The notes beneath the pieces were generated by a model. That model was not told the origin of the DNA, did no database searches, and saw nothing but the letters and a program-made list of their open reading frames with translations. From NCBI GenBank assembly GCA_040437565.1, contig JBDOQK010000079.1, positions 62,001 through 102,080 on the forward strand: a stretch of DNA of 40,080 bases, read 5' to 3'. This stretch comes from Albugo candida. Its lineage: Eukaryota. Positions 1 to 13,287 of this stretch are shown one piece after another (position 1 is the first letter of the stretch; each line of letters begins with the position of its first letter). The translations under genes and the position numbers were made by a program.

Positions 1-3000
1 ACGACTTTTGCAGTCGTGATGTTCATCAAAGCGCTGAATGTCAATGTGTAATCCATTCCATATGCTTGCTCGTTACCGCATGCCACAAGTATCGCCTTGA
101 ATTTTAAAGGGTTCCATCCGCGTGCTTCTTGATCTTAAAACTCACTTGAATGCAATATCTTTCAGCCAAGCGGGCAAATTATCAGCTCCCATGTACCGTT
201 TGCCTTCAGGAATCGATTTCCGAGCGCATCGCATCACGTCACTTCTCCGCCTCTGCAGACTGTATTGCTTCCCGATATGAGGTCGGATCTCCAATCACAT
301 TAGCCATCGCCACCGAAACATGTTTCGAGTAGTCATACGCTTTCTCGGTTTCTTTTCCCCTCCATGGTCAGCATCATCATTCACAGCTGTGTTAGAATTT
401 GGAGTGCCCTTTCTCACGCGGTTACCGCGCCTTGAAACTTTCTTCAGATCTCTTGTAGCTCCTTCCGTTGAGCGACATCCTCTATATCCTGGGTGTCTTG
501 CAAAGATGAATATTCTTGATGTAGATGCTCCTGTAAATGCTGATTTTCGTCAACTCCCATCGTTTCAACATTCTTGACGTATTGCGTTGTCATCACCAAG
601 TTCTCGTGGAGAAGTTACACCTTGCACCCCTTAGTCTCGTCGTGCTTTCCGACAATTACTCCAACCTTGGCCCGTGGCTTTCACGCTTTTCGTCCCGGGT
701 TGCGATACACATTACACGGACTTCCAACCACCACTATGTCAGAAATACTGGGGTTTTCCCGTCATTATGTCAAGTGGCCACGCTCGATTTGAATTCGAGC
801 TACTCGGGATGCGCTTTGAAATATACGTGGCGTACTCCACTGCATCAGCCTCGGAAGTGCAACGCTAAGCCACTTGCGAAGAGCATGCTTCGCGCCATAT
901 TGAGCACAGTCCTATGCATGCGCTCAACCTTTCCGTTGGATGCTTGGTTATTGGCTTCACTTATTTGTCTTATTACCCCATTCGACTTGCAAAACATATC
1001 GACGTTGCGATATTCCACTCCGCCATCTGTCCTTAAAATGTGGACCTTTCCCTCAAAAGCGCGCTCGAAAAAGGTCAAAAAATGCTCAAACATCTGGGCA
1101 GCAAGATTTTTCTTCCGCGCAACGAACACTCCACAGTAGTTAGATACGTGATCAACCAAGTTGTTCATGTATCGGTTTCTGTTTCGGTCCAGTGGCGTCA
1201 TTGTACCTTTAAGGTCACTGCAGAGTACTCCACCAATTCGATCAATTGGTGAGTGCGCGCCAGTATCCTTCTTGAACTGCGCATTCTTCGACTGCTTGCC
1301 TTAAGCGCAGGTAAGACATGTTGGTCGAGTTCGGTCGACTAGCAATTCCCGAGCCTGCACTGTCGTCCAGTTTTTCGACCGTGTCGTACATGAGATGTCC
1401 AATACGATTGTGTAGCTGCAATAAAGTGCATTTCACACGACCCATGGTATCGCCTTCAGAGCTAGCAGCCTGTAGAGTGGCATACACGACCTTGTTTCTA
1501 GTAGATGATGTCCCTTCACTCAAAGTTTTCACGGCCATCAAACTGTTTCTTTTTCAACTTCAAAGACTCGTGCTCTGTCGCTGGATCGCTTTAGTTACCC
1601 CCTTCCGTTTTCATAGCTCAGAGTAACTCTTTTCTCTTTAAACATGCAGTATGAAACAGAGTTATGCGCAAGGTATCTAGCGTAATAAGCTTCCCTTAAA
1701 GTGACCACATGCGCGGTCCCATGTACGATAGCACTCAGCGTAACTTGACCAACCTTCGTGACATTAGTCGACTGTCCATCTGCAACGTTGCACTCGCCGG
1801 AGCAGTCTACTGAAATTATCGAGAATGGTGTCATCCATCAGCAGGTGTCTACTGGCACCACTGCCCAAAATCCAGGTCTTCTGATTTTGACCAGTTGGAC
1901 TGACGCTGCACTCAAAGAGAACGACGCTTGATTTCTGTTGTCTTTTTTTGGACATTCTCGCTTGGTATGGCCAACTTGATTATCGCTTTCTGTCTCCATG
2001 TACCACTGCCTTTATCTCAGTGTCCAACCTCCGAAAATTGTTACGGCCTTCAGTAGATTGCCTGCCCACAATAACCGCATTCGCGCTTGTATCATGATTG
2101 AATGTCACGGCAATGTCTGCCATCTCCCATGCCTGCTTGAGATGGTCAGTACGGCGGCGGTCGAGTCTCGTCTGCATGGCTCGCTTCAGCTCCGGCGGTG
2201 CCACTTTACAAATATACTGAATAGCAAAGTTGTCTGGAAGGTTCGCCAAACTTGTAACAGCAACCAGGTATTGGTAGTGTTGCGTCCAGGAGCGATCATT
2301 TTGTTTCCTCGCCCGTATCAAGCGCGTGGATCGCTCCTCAGTAATTTCTCTTTCGTAGACCTTCAACATCTTGTTCATCAGATGTTCACCGCTGGTAATT
2401 CTGATGCCCAGATCCCTTCATCTTGTCGAAGTGTTTCCTTTCAATTCCATCGAGATATCAATTAAGTGTCCCCATCTTGAACTCTTCAGGCCATTCGCCA
2501 CCACTAAATTGTTGGGCTGTACCAAGTTCGTCCAGCACCTGCAATCCCCAGTCTTTGTATCTAGCTCCAAGTCCTCTGTACTGTTCCTTTTCAGTAAAAC
2601 GCTCGATCGGTTGCTTCATCTCCTTGCCGGCTGGCATCTTAATCCCAAATTCCTGCTGGGGGAAGAACTGCTGCCCCGGCTGCATATGTACTTGCGGCGT
2701 AGGCTGCACAGTCGGTAAGAACTGTTGCTGCTGAACTCGGGGTTGCGGTGAAGCAAAAGGCACATGTACCTGCATGGCTTCCCTTGGCGATTCATCTGTG
2801 GGTCGTTGTTTTCGAGCACCTAAGAACTGGATGAAGACGCTCAAACCACTATCAATTCCGGATCCTGATTCAGCGGAGGCATCTGAGTAAGCTCTACGCG
2901 TTCCCGTGCCATATCGCGCATTAAATTCCCAATGGGTTTCTCCAGTCTGTCCAGACAATCTACACCATGTTCGGAGGCGCCGTGCTCACTTTATTGAGAG

Positions 3001-3255
3001 ATCTGCGCGGTAACACCTGTCGCATCATCATGTACGCATAGTGGAGCTTCTGAGGGTCTTCCGGGGGCTTGGGCTCTAACTGTTTGTCCATGATGCTTGA
3101 TCATTGTGAGATAAACGAGAAGCTGTTTTATTTGAAGCTTATCATCCTATTATCACTTCTTTCCCTTTCCTACAATCTTCGTAAATTACCAAGAGGCGCT
3201 TCATTCGTTTCAAGGATCGCGATCTTTCGACATCAGTAGTCGCGCTTTTTCAACA
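1..3255 (-). mobile_element. Degenerate Ty1/Copia LTR retrotransposon (5' LTR, gag, protease, integrase, start of RT); continues beyond window start
   Basis: Minus-strand fragments in Copia order: gag-like ORFs (2458-2958, 1980-2378); protease WILGSGASRHL (~1870); GAG-pre-integrase LHNRIGH (~1410); integrase LRTDGGVEY...SNGKVERMHRT (845-1201); RT start ANGTWEL...LVACGNEQ..G.DY (1-290). Many stops and frameshifts. Eroded PBS (plus tgggctctaac, 3070-3080) followed by a probable LTR TGTT...CAACA (3081-3255). Confidence 0.88.
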
Positions 3256-3699
3256 CAATCTTCATTGTCTTTGAATGGCTAGACGAAACACTCAGGTTAT
3301 GAGAAACGCTATCCATAATGCATAGGTTTGAAATACTGTACAGTACATCAATAACCACGGGACGTTTAGAGAGATTACAAAAGTTACAAGTTAAGCCTCA
3401 AACAATATATATCGGCCGCAAGAGTGCTTCAATGCGCGACCTCGTGCACTGCATTGTGTGTTAACGTGCACAAATGGGGTAACCAAGAATCGTATTCCAA
3501 AGAAAATGGTAGCATGAGAGACGCAGCAGACGCTTGCTTAGATCGTCAATATGGTCCAAAACATAGATATGGATTTGGAGAGCTGATGAGGTCGATGAAG
3601 CTTGATCTTAGATTCTCCCCCTTCGATTCACTACAAATTATTTGGTCCAAGCTAAAGAAGAAAACCAGCGCATATGCTTATCACAACCATCCCGAACAA

Positions 3700-4466
3700 T
3701 TCGTTGACGCATAATTCCATCCTCTTCCTTGGTCATGGCGTACGCGAAATGCACCCTCCGAGATCTCTTGTTGCTGTTTCTTATCTTGTTCCTTAAGCAA
3801 CTTTTTTCTCACGATTCTCGAGTATTCTGACAAGTAGCTCGTATTCGGCAGGCAAGCTTTCGAGCAAAATCGTCAGCTTCCTTACTTCGTCCATCAGTCT
3901 CCGACTGCTTCCATACTCAACGTGAGCTCGTTCAATCTATGTGGCTGGCCATATTGCTTCCGTCTTCCATGCAAAACTCATGTAGTCTTTGATTCAGAGC
4001 TAACTCTGTTTTGGAGGTTACGCTTGTTAAGTATTCCTAAGGCGTATCTCACAGTTTTTTTGCTGTTCTGGCGTGACGGATCTTTGACAGATGGTCCACT
4101 TCGACTCCTCGTGCGATAATCGCAAAGGACGTTATATATTTGACCTTCAGTGAGCGTCCGAATCGTCCTTGGACTTCAGTTCCATGATATGGTTCCGAAT
4201 CTTCCTCGAAATTCATTTCCATGATATGTTTCCGAAGTCCCTTGCGGGCGAGGGTAACCTTCATCTTGAACTCCCAATGGAAGTAGTAGCCGTTCCCGAG
4301 CAAGTCGTCGGGCTTCTTCATCTTCTCTCTGGCACCACCAGACGCTGTTGGGCTCATAACCTGTTATTTGGATAATAGAAAAAAGGAGAAGAATACTATC
4401 AAGATTTACTGTCGTCTACAGGCCACTTAGCACAGCGCCTGAAGTGTTAAAAAGTTACAAAGCATA
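3700..4466 (-). mobile_element. Truncated Copia element: part of the 5' LTR, PBS and gag N-terminus
   Basis: Minus strand reads AACA|GGTTATGAGCCCA (LTR end at 4362, PBS 4349-4361). The gag fragment NGYYFHWEFKMKVTLARKGL (ORF 4049-4357) is typical of a Copia gag N-terminus. The LTR runs into the gap at 4467; the left boundary is approximate. Confidence 0.8.
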
Positions 4467-5368
4467 NNNNNNNNNNNNNNNNNNNNNNNNNNNNNNNNNN
4501 NNNNNNNNNNNNNNNNNNNNNNNNNNNNNNNNNNNNNNNNNNNNNNNNNNNNNNNNNNNNNNNNNNCGAGTAGCTAAATTAATATAGAATAATTACTGAA
4601 ATTATGTACCGTACCTCACAGTCGTCGCTATCCATATCGTGGACTTCTTCCCCTACAGTACTTCAAATCTAGTGTACGTTTTACCAGTAAACAATATGGT
4701 TAATTCTTCATCCTCTAATTTTACTCTTTCCATCCTCGGAAGATACTGACCTTGCACACATATTTAAATATCAATTTTGCATGCTTGATTGAGCCGTTCA
4801 TCATTCATCTGATGCTGATGTCTGTTGATCCTTCAACTTCGTTGTTTCACAGTCATGAATGAATTCTATAAACGATACAAATCAGGCATCCCGAGTAGTT
4901 CAAGCTGGACTGACTATGTGGTTCTCAGCAATCGTCCTTGCTACAACCGCCATGTTATGTTGATGCGAAGTATCGACTTATTTCATAATACGTCTGGGTC
5001 GTGCTTGCAGCAGCAGGATCCCGCCTCTAAAAGTACCATTAGATATTGCTTTGTAACAAATTGATCGAGTCCGTGAATATTCCTGTTCTGTATGTGGATT
5101 CTTTTATGTGTCTTCTTCATTGTGGTCGATGGATAAACACTTGTACTTTCGACTATTGTTCTCGAGATCGCTCTGTCAACGTCCATTGATATATAACGAA
5201 GATTATTTGACAACAAACCGATTAGAGACCTTTGATTGAGTTGCTAACGATATTCACTTTACTGCATAGAGAAATTGTCTTATTTATGGTCGAATATTTG
5301 ACGTTATCTTAGCAATCCGTTTTAATTCGCAATTTTCTATAACGTTTATGAAGGCGACATAAACCATA

Positions 5369-6661
5369 CAGTAGCCTACAAAAAGTATACGTTATTCTAC
5401 ATATGACGGTTGATTTACCGCTTCGACCTTGACAAAAATACAATTTTTTTATGATCTAAGAGCCACTATAATTCTAAAACAACGCTCAAGGCTGACAATA
5501 AAGTCTATTAGAAGTCGTTCCTGATGTATTTATATTCAGGAAATGCGTTGTTCGTCGAAAATGTAGGTGCCATTGGGGAGGATTCACCGGCGAGTTGCTC
5601 CACCCTTGGCAGCAAGAAGAGCAGCAATTCTCCTTAGCATTGACTCTACTAGTCATCGAAGCATCTCGAGAGAAACCTTGCAGTATTCCTCACCAAGTGT
5701 GGTAGCCATTTCTTCGACGTTTTTTGGCCTGTCGCGGTTCTGGACGGCATCCATAAGGTTCTTCCACAGGTTTTCGATGGGGTTGAGATTAGGACTTTGG
5801 GCAGGCCATTCTAGCTTTGCAAGCGACCGCTTATCATGCCATGCCTTTGCTGCACTACTGCGGTGGACTGACGGACCATCCTCCATAAGAATTAGGTCTT
5901 TTTTGTCATCCCGGTCGTCCATCCATGGTCCAAGTGCAGCGTCATAGATCAGTTTGACAAGTCGGTGGCAGTGTGATGTTGGGGTGGCATGATGACCATC
6001 TGTAGAATCCTCTCACCAGTAAAAGCTCCCCAGATCATCACCGAGGACCGTCCACTCCTTAGTGTTGGCGCCAAACACTCAAAATTGAACTTTTCATCCA
6101 CGCGACACCGCACAACAACCTGACAAGAATTCTTGCCAATCTCAAAGGTGGACTCGTCGGTCCAAATGACCTTCTTCCAGTCCTCTTCAGTCTCTTAACC
6201 TTGTGTTTATCCGTCAAAAAGGCTTCTTGGCGGCAATACGGCTCCTGAAGCCCATTTCATGGAGGGCACTACGGATTGTGCCTGGCGATACCGGAGTATC
6301 CGCATTGTTCGTGATTTCTGCTAGTGGCGCCCGCCGGTTCTGCATCACAGTGCGCCCAATAGACCTGGGGTCCCTTTCTGAGATCTTTGGTGGTCTTACT
6401 CTTGCCTTGGTACCCTCCACCGTACCCCTTTTACGCCAGTTATGTAGCACTGTCGAAATGGTTGATTGGGTGAACCCTGTTTGAGCAGTGATTCCTCGCT
6501 GTTTCAAGCCTGCCTGATGCAGTCCGACAATGATAGCTTTCTCCTCAGTGTTCAAACAACGTGTCTTCATATTTCACAAATGGTTTGATGTTGGAAACAC
6601 AAAGTAATATGGCTGGATAGTCCTCATATACAAAAATAACTTTTACTTTTGTAGGCTGCTA
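5369..6661 (-). mobile_element. Tc1/mariner (DD34E) DNA transposon with inactivated transposase
   Basis: Left TIR TA|CAGTAGCCTACAAAAAGTA (5369); imperfect right TIR TACTTTTGTAGGCTGCT (6644-6660). Transposase runs 6570 to ~5575: HTH N-terminus, WKKVIWTDES, ILMEDGPSVH and WPAQSPNLNPIENLW, with 34 residues between the second D and E. Stops and frameshifts are present. Confidence 0.92.
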
Positions 6662-6739
6662 GTAGGCTACATACAGGGTAAAAACACTTCCCTTACCAAA
6701 GAGCTTGATTGACACCGACAGACAGAGACCAGTCAATCA

Positions 6740-7130
6740 ACTTTGAAATTTTTTTGAAGGACCCTTTTTGACGTAACGGGTAACCAGTAACAGCAGATCT
6801 GTGAAAAGGACTTGAAAAAAAAAGGTTTTAGGTTTGCTATGGCACTTGCTAGGAAAAAAGCTCGGCAATTTTCCTAGGTCGAAGCCATCTTCGCTCACCT
6901 GCCAAATGGTCAAACGACAGAGTAAGCAAAATAATTTTCCTCCACATATGAACACAATTTGGCAATTCATCTGGTGTCTGATCAATTATATTAAAGACGG
7001 GCCGCTGCAGTCTCATCCAAATCTTCACATAAATGTCAATCATATCATCTCCGTCCGCAAAACCTAGTATTCGATACGCAGTCACCCCCTCATATTATGT
7101 AATCCTTCTTTTTTCGTCCCTCGAGAACCA
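6740..7130 (-). pseudogene. Possible PIF/Harbinger transposase relic
   Basis: Minus peptide TAYRILGFADGDDMIDIYVKI...WLRPR resembles the ALR.LAYG..AD..DEYVRI...YLR.P segment of PIF/Harbinger transposases. Weak, by-eye similarity only. Confidence 0.3.
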
Positions 7131-10100
7131 GAAAGATAATACTTGCTATGTCGCCGAATAGATTCGTACACCGTGTTCATTGATTTGCTTTTTGAGTCGG
7201 ATTATATAATAAAAAGTAAGCGTGCGATATTTTATGGAGCTGGATCAAGTCATCCTCTTGTTGCGAAATGAAGCATAGAATATAGAGCTTGTCTACCACG
7301 ATCTGGTTACGTACAAACACATCTCATCATATAATTATCGAGGAATAACTCAAGAAAATTTGACACTTCAATTTCGTTCTCAGTTAAGAAAAAGTATTTC
7401 ACAAAACATCGATTTTTCTATCCCACCGACAAAATCGTTCAGTACCGGTTCACTAGTATCAGTCCAACATCCTTGCGTGCAGGGGGAAGATCCATAGAAT
7501 TCATCATCCTAATTCCCTCTATAACTGCCTTCAAAAAGGTCGCAGAATTGTACTTGTGAAACGTTGTTAGAATTGGTAGCGATATCACACCAGTATATAC
7601 AAATGTTACCAAACATGTATCAGAAATATCAAACGTCATATCTGGTGAATTCGTGAAAGCTTGTACTACAAAGAAGTCTGAAGACCCGCATTGATGTGTA
7701 TCATGGGACATGCTAGTCATCCGTACGAATGCAGATTATTTGTACGAAATCCTTGACGACAGCTTACAAGGACTTATTATATCCAACTATAAGGCTCATC
7801 GCAAAGAGTGTGATTTTATAGGCAGTTCATCTCGAGATGAAGTTCAAGTGCAGATACCTAACAAGGTAGGTAGAATAGAACTTCGCAAACAATGTTCAAC
7901 ATGCATCATGTTTCAGAAGAGGTAAAAGCATAATCCGAACTTCCAGCTGACCGACTATCACGTGAGTAATGGCAGTCCCCTTCTACAAAAGATAGAAATG
8001 CCAATACTTTGGACATGGGACCTTGTTTGTTCGCAAGGATTATAGCCAACTAACCTATATCATGAATGCTTTGTTGGTTTTGTCTTTGGAAAAGCTCACA
8101 TACATTATCAATGCCATCGGCGAACAAGATCAACACTTCTAGTAATGCGTTCTCTGCCTACGAAGAACTTCGTTCTTCGTTGTATCCGTTTTCTGTGCTT
8201 CGAAAATAATTTCATCAACAAGGTGATAAAATTCCTCTATCTTCAAATTGCCGATTATAATCTAGCAAACATAATCTTCTAGTGAGCTAAAGAAAAGACC
8301 AGGCGATCTCAGCTGAAGCAAAGGAGTTCAAATTACGGCTACCATCAATCGAATTAAGTTTTTTAGAAATTGCAATCACTTTGCAATGCGGTGATGTCAG
8401 AAAGAAGTTGTTGATTTTGCTTGGGTTTTAAGGTTTTTATTATAATTTTTATCTGTTTCTTCAACTGCCTTCTTTACACCAGCACTAGCCCATGACCGCG
8501 TGAATATAAATGAAGTCTTGCTTCAAACTTGAGGAGGCAGATATTTTCCAAGCTTCCGCTTGGGGTTAAACTGCTCACACTGGCGAGCATTCGCTTTCTC
8601 AACCGTCTGAGCTGATTAGAACCGACTTCTCGATTTGCCGACTACTACGTAACACGCCATTTTAGTACAAACAACGGGAAAACAACTTTCTTAACTCTAT
8701 TCTCTCCGAAATAAAGGTTCAACTCGACATATTGACACAAACCAGAGTGCTAGGGTCCCCTTTGCTGATGTGGCAACACTGATGAACCACATGGCTTTTG
8801 GTGATTGCACGATTCTTAGTGACTCATCATCTCTTTGTAATGACGTGACGTAAAAATACCCTCACTTCTATTGTGATGGTACAGGACGGTGAAGGTTGTA
8901 GTGCCACTGAATTGTCACAGGGGTTTCCAAAGGAAACTTTAAGTGTGGACAGTAGAAAGTTCCATCCTTGGCTGATATTAGATACAGGAGTCCTTGCATA
9001 AGTACAAGGCTAGAGCTCGAGCGCGATGTAGCGTGAAGCTTGCAAAGCTGAAACTCTCGGATATCGAGAAGATATAATGAAACTATTCGCAGACCGGTCA
9101 CAACCAGATTGGGTCGGTCTTTGCTGCAAAGACGGAGGCAAGGAGGCCTTTTACACTATCCAAACGCCTACCGGATAGCAAAGCCATTGCTAAAGTATCA
9201 AAAATGCCTGGTGGCTACTGAGGGTGATGATTTAGACCGAGGATTCTTGTCAACAGCTAATGTCCCATCCAGAACCATCCTCGGGATGCAATAGTTCCCG
9301 AGGTAGTATTCTATCGAATCTAATTACTTCCGTGATTCTTTTGGTGTGATAGTGGAGGAAGAGAGGACTCCCGTCTTGCGTTCTCTTTACGGTTGAGTAT
9401 GTTCAGTAGTCCTTGATATTTTCAGAAAGTGTGCTGTACAAGTGAGTCGTGATGTCATCGTGGAAAGAGTACTTTAGTACTCGTACATGCTCTCCACGGC
9501 TGGTCTAAATTGGCAAATTATGCGTACAAATTGCATACGCAAAGCTATTATATCCTGTGATAGAGTACAATGCCTCGATTTCTTTAAAACGACGAAGTTT
9601 TGGTCAACGTGGTCCTTATTGGCTGGATTTGGGAGCTGCGTAAGTCAGAGGGGTCAGGCAAGAACCCAATAAAACGATAATAAGCAACGAAATCACTCGT
9701 TGCATCTCCACAAAAGATGGTGGAGCCATTCTCAATCCTGGGAATGAAAAAGGCGAGGAATCGAAACGAAAACCCTACAAACAAATCTCGTTCGAGCTTT
9801 ACCCCCCCCCCAATTTATACCCCCAAGGGCACTAGACTTGCTGCGGCCACTCTCTCCCATCTTATACCTGAAATATAAACGAATCTCACTAGCACAAGTA
9901 AACTAAGATGAGGATGTGTACAAGCAGATTAGAACGGGCAGGTAAAACGTAATCCGGTGGAGCCGTTCCAATAAATGGTAGAGTAGTACTTACTTTGCAT
10001 TTCTTGCAACTATGGAGGTGGACATAGACGATGTAATAGTGTATGACAATATGGATCATGGAAACCGCATCCAAATTAATCCCGTGAAGCACAGATGCCA

Positions 10101-10959
10101 AAAATAGTGAACACTTCGAAAGAGGCGGCTCATTTTTATCGAAAATGTCATACAAGTCTTACAATCGGAGAGGCCAACTCAAGTTGGTGCGGTAAGAGAG
10201 ATCATGGAAATCGATTCCAAAATCTCCCTCCACCCGCTCCGAACAGACAAAGCAGGTCCAGGACGATGCAAAAATCCCTTGTATGTGAAGGCTGGTACAG
10301 TTTTGCAACAAATCGACAAAATAATCGGAGCAGCACTAGATCATCCGATAGCCATGAATAGCACGTGCATGGATTCTAACGGTCGTGCGTCAAATGAAGT
10401 AACTCAGGTATTCTTCTAATCAATCGCGTTATCTCAGCACTCAATCTCGTGGAAGATGCAACGTTTTCTAGACTCGACATGTTGGTGGAAAAGTTCTTTC
10501 GAAGTGAGGTGGATCGTTCAACAAAGTAATTTTGAAGTGGAAGTCACTACCCGAGATAAGCACTGTTTGACATGAGCAACCAGAGCTCTTGCGCTGAAGG
10601 AACTCCTATTTATGTGTACTATTCCGACATTTTATACAATCTATTGCTGCATCCAATATCTCACAGATTTGAATCCTTTCATTTACTGCTGATTGATTTG
10701 CTCGTATCGTTTTTGCGCTGAGAGGTAGGATTCACGTGCTGATTCCACTGGTTTGGAGGCAAACGGTGAGAAGTTTTCTGCTGTGATATCGACGAGCTCT
10801 CCGGCAATATTTGGGTTTTCTCAGAAGAAATGCAACCCCTCACCTCTCACAGCAAATTGGTGCATTGAACTCGATCTTCGATCCACTTCATCGTGAATTC
10901 TAATTGCTCCTGGATTATATCAACGTAGAACAGCATCTCAGCACTCTCAGCACTCTCAG

Positions 10960-12687
10960 CAGTCTCTGTGAATGTCAATGGAATTTATAGAATTGGTAAT
11001 TCGTTTATTAAACACGTCCTATAACAACCAGCTGGAATCATTTCAGTTTTATTACATTCAAAGCTGCAGCACGAAATGTTTTTCAATGGCCACAACAGTG
11101 CTTTTCTGCGTTTAACACAGAATCGCAGTGGCGTTGTGCTGACAATCCTCCGTTTGGACTTTCCCGAGTTTATCACAGCTGAAGAAGTTACCGAACGAAG
11201 TGTTGAAAATCAATATTTGGTTTTGCGTCTTCTCATGACGATGCACCGGTGCATATTCACAATGTTTATGCACCGGTGAGGGACGAGGAGAGAGTGCTCT
11301 CTTCGAACTATTGCTCACCAACAACTTCGAATCGACTGCAACACATATCGTATTTGATGATTCTAAAACTCCACTCGATCCAGCTGTAGATGCCCCGAGT
11401 GGACCAATTTGGCACGAATTAAGTCGATTAGCGTGTCTGGAATATCTTTTGCAATTGGGTGTGGTAGACGCTTGATGAATCAAACATCCGACTTTCGTAA
11501 TTAACAGAGTCATTTCCTCGCAAGGGGTGATTACATTTCATCGGCATATCCAAGTAGCTGTTTAGTATGGTGTACAAAGACTATTTTTTCGATCACGGCA
11601 TTCAGGAGATCGTCTCACACAAGAAGTAATCTTTGGGAACCCAACTCAATCCCCGTTGCAAGGATGTTGGACATATTCAATGCGACTATTCAAATATCCC
11701 TAAGTTGTCGAAGAAATCAAATTAGAAGCGAACTCTGTGCTCGAACAGTTGCTGATAATTTCGAATTCCGTAAAAATTTGGGGAAGTTGGAAGGCACAGA
11801 AGTTCGATATCGCACGTAAACCCCACTCAGTTACGTCGTTTTTTAGTTGATTCTACAATACTTGAGAAAATTCCGTCGAAACGAATGCCACATACAACAA
11901 GGATGAGAGCTTCGATCATCACGCGAAGAATATGCAGAACGCCTATAAGCACTTTATTGCCCTCCGATTGCTCTTTTCGTCGCGTGCCGATAGAAGATGT
12001 GACCAAAACATGTGGCACTGTGAGATCGAATCCAAGGAAAATTATTGACGAATTTCGAGATATTAGGGTGGTGGCATGGGCTCTATAGATCAAAGAAAGA
12101 ATCAGATGATCCATGTGAAAGAGATCAAAACGAGCTACTGTATTCTACTTTCTCTCAAGTCAGAACAGCAAAACCTTCTCCTAATTCTATCAGTAGTTAC
12201 GAGACGCCGAAGTCATCAAGATCAAGCGGGGTAGTTCTCCTCCAGGTATCGATGGACTATCGGCTGCATTTTATGAGCTTGACACGGAAACTTTTGACGA
12301 GTTTCTGAAGATCGTGTTAGAATGGCAGCTGGAAAGAGGTATCTTACTTCGATCACAACGTCACTCGGCAATCACCTTGCTGTACAAGAAAAGGTTACGA
12401 GGTGATTCTGGCAATTTTCGACCGATCACGCCATTATGCGTCGATGGGAAATGACGTTTAAAAGTAGTGGCGCATCGATTGCAACGCATTTGTGCTAGGA
12501 AGGTTTATACATCACCACATTCGACATCTCCCCGACATACAAGACTTGGTCACTCCTCGTGGGAAAAAAGCGTATGCGACTTTTCTCGACTTTCAGAAAC
12601 CTTATGATCGAATCAAACGGACGTAAATGTTACGAGTAAAGGGCGTTGGAAAAAGTCTCATCGACTGGGTTCGTCTTCTTTACCCGT
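10960..12687 (+). mobile_element. Degenerate non-LTR retrotransposon (L1/Tx1-like) ORF2: APE endonuclease and N-terminal RT
   Basis: Endonuclease motifs IHNVYAPV (~11255), HIVFDDS..PLD (decayed GDFN motif, ~11345) and LGVVDA. RT motifs LLYKK...GNFRPITPLCVDGK (~12380-12450) and FLDFQKPYDRI (~12580). Interrupted by the gap at 12688. ORF1 remnants may lie upstream (~9850-10900). Confidence 0.8.
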
Positions 12688-13138
12688 NNNNNNNNNNNNN
12701 NNNNNNNNNNNNNNNNNNNNNNNNNNNNNNNNNNNNNNNNNNNNNNNNNNNNNNNNNNNNNNNNNNNNNNNNNNNNNNNNNNNNNNNAAGCACGTTCGTA
12801 TAATCAGAACAGAGGTTTCATTTGTTCGTAGACAAGATGGTGGGCTAAAAAAAATTTGTTGGGGCGACTGAAGATTCACCGCATTAATATCCTCCAGTAG
12901 TTCGCATACGACGCGTCGAAAATTATTCCTGCGAATTGAACTACTGCTTCGCTACTTATCCAATCTTCCTTTGGAAAAAACAAGCCGATGGATATATTCA
13001 CCATTGCACCACATCGACGTGGGAAAATGGCTCTCAATGAAAAAGCAAATCGTTTTGGTAGAAACACGCATTTAAATGGGGCATCAGATGGATTGGAGCA
13101 TTGCGATGTCAGATTGGAATGTTCTACAATGCTGTTAG

Positions 13139-13287
13139 TGTTGACAGGTGAGCAAAGACGTTTGCATTAAAAGAAAAGGTTGCCGAAACTGAGGTTTATT
13201 CTTAGAAAATCAAACTCCTATCAGTCGTTTAGACTAAGTACCAGGTGCGACTAGAAACCTAAAGCACATTCTCAAGTCCTTCCAGCA
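13139..13287 (-). repeat. 3' LTR (149 bp) of the Copia element
   Basis: TGTTGACAGG...TCCAGCA; aligns to 17432-17541; adjacent polypurine tract (minus TAGAAAGAAGGAG). Confidence 0.93.

Noticed and set aside
3292-3303. Plus-strand CAGGTTATGAG as another PBS
   Set aside because: Match is partial and no gag or LTR context follows.
10936-10966. 9-bp tandem repeat TCTCAGCAC x3
   Set aside because: Short slippage repeat with no evidence of function.
11241-11278. 14-bp palindrome ATGCACCGGTGCAT and nearby direct repeat
   Set aside because: Lies within LINE endonuclease coding remnants (APV...YAPV); likely incidental.
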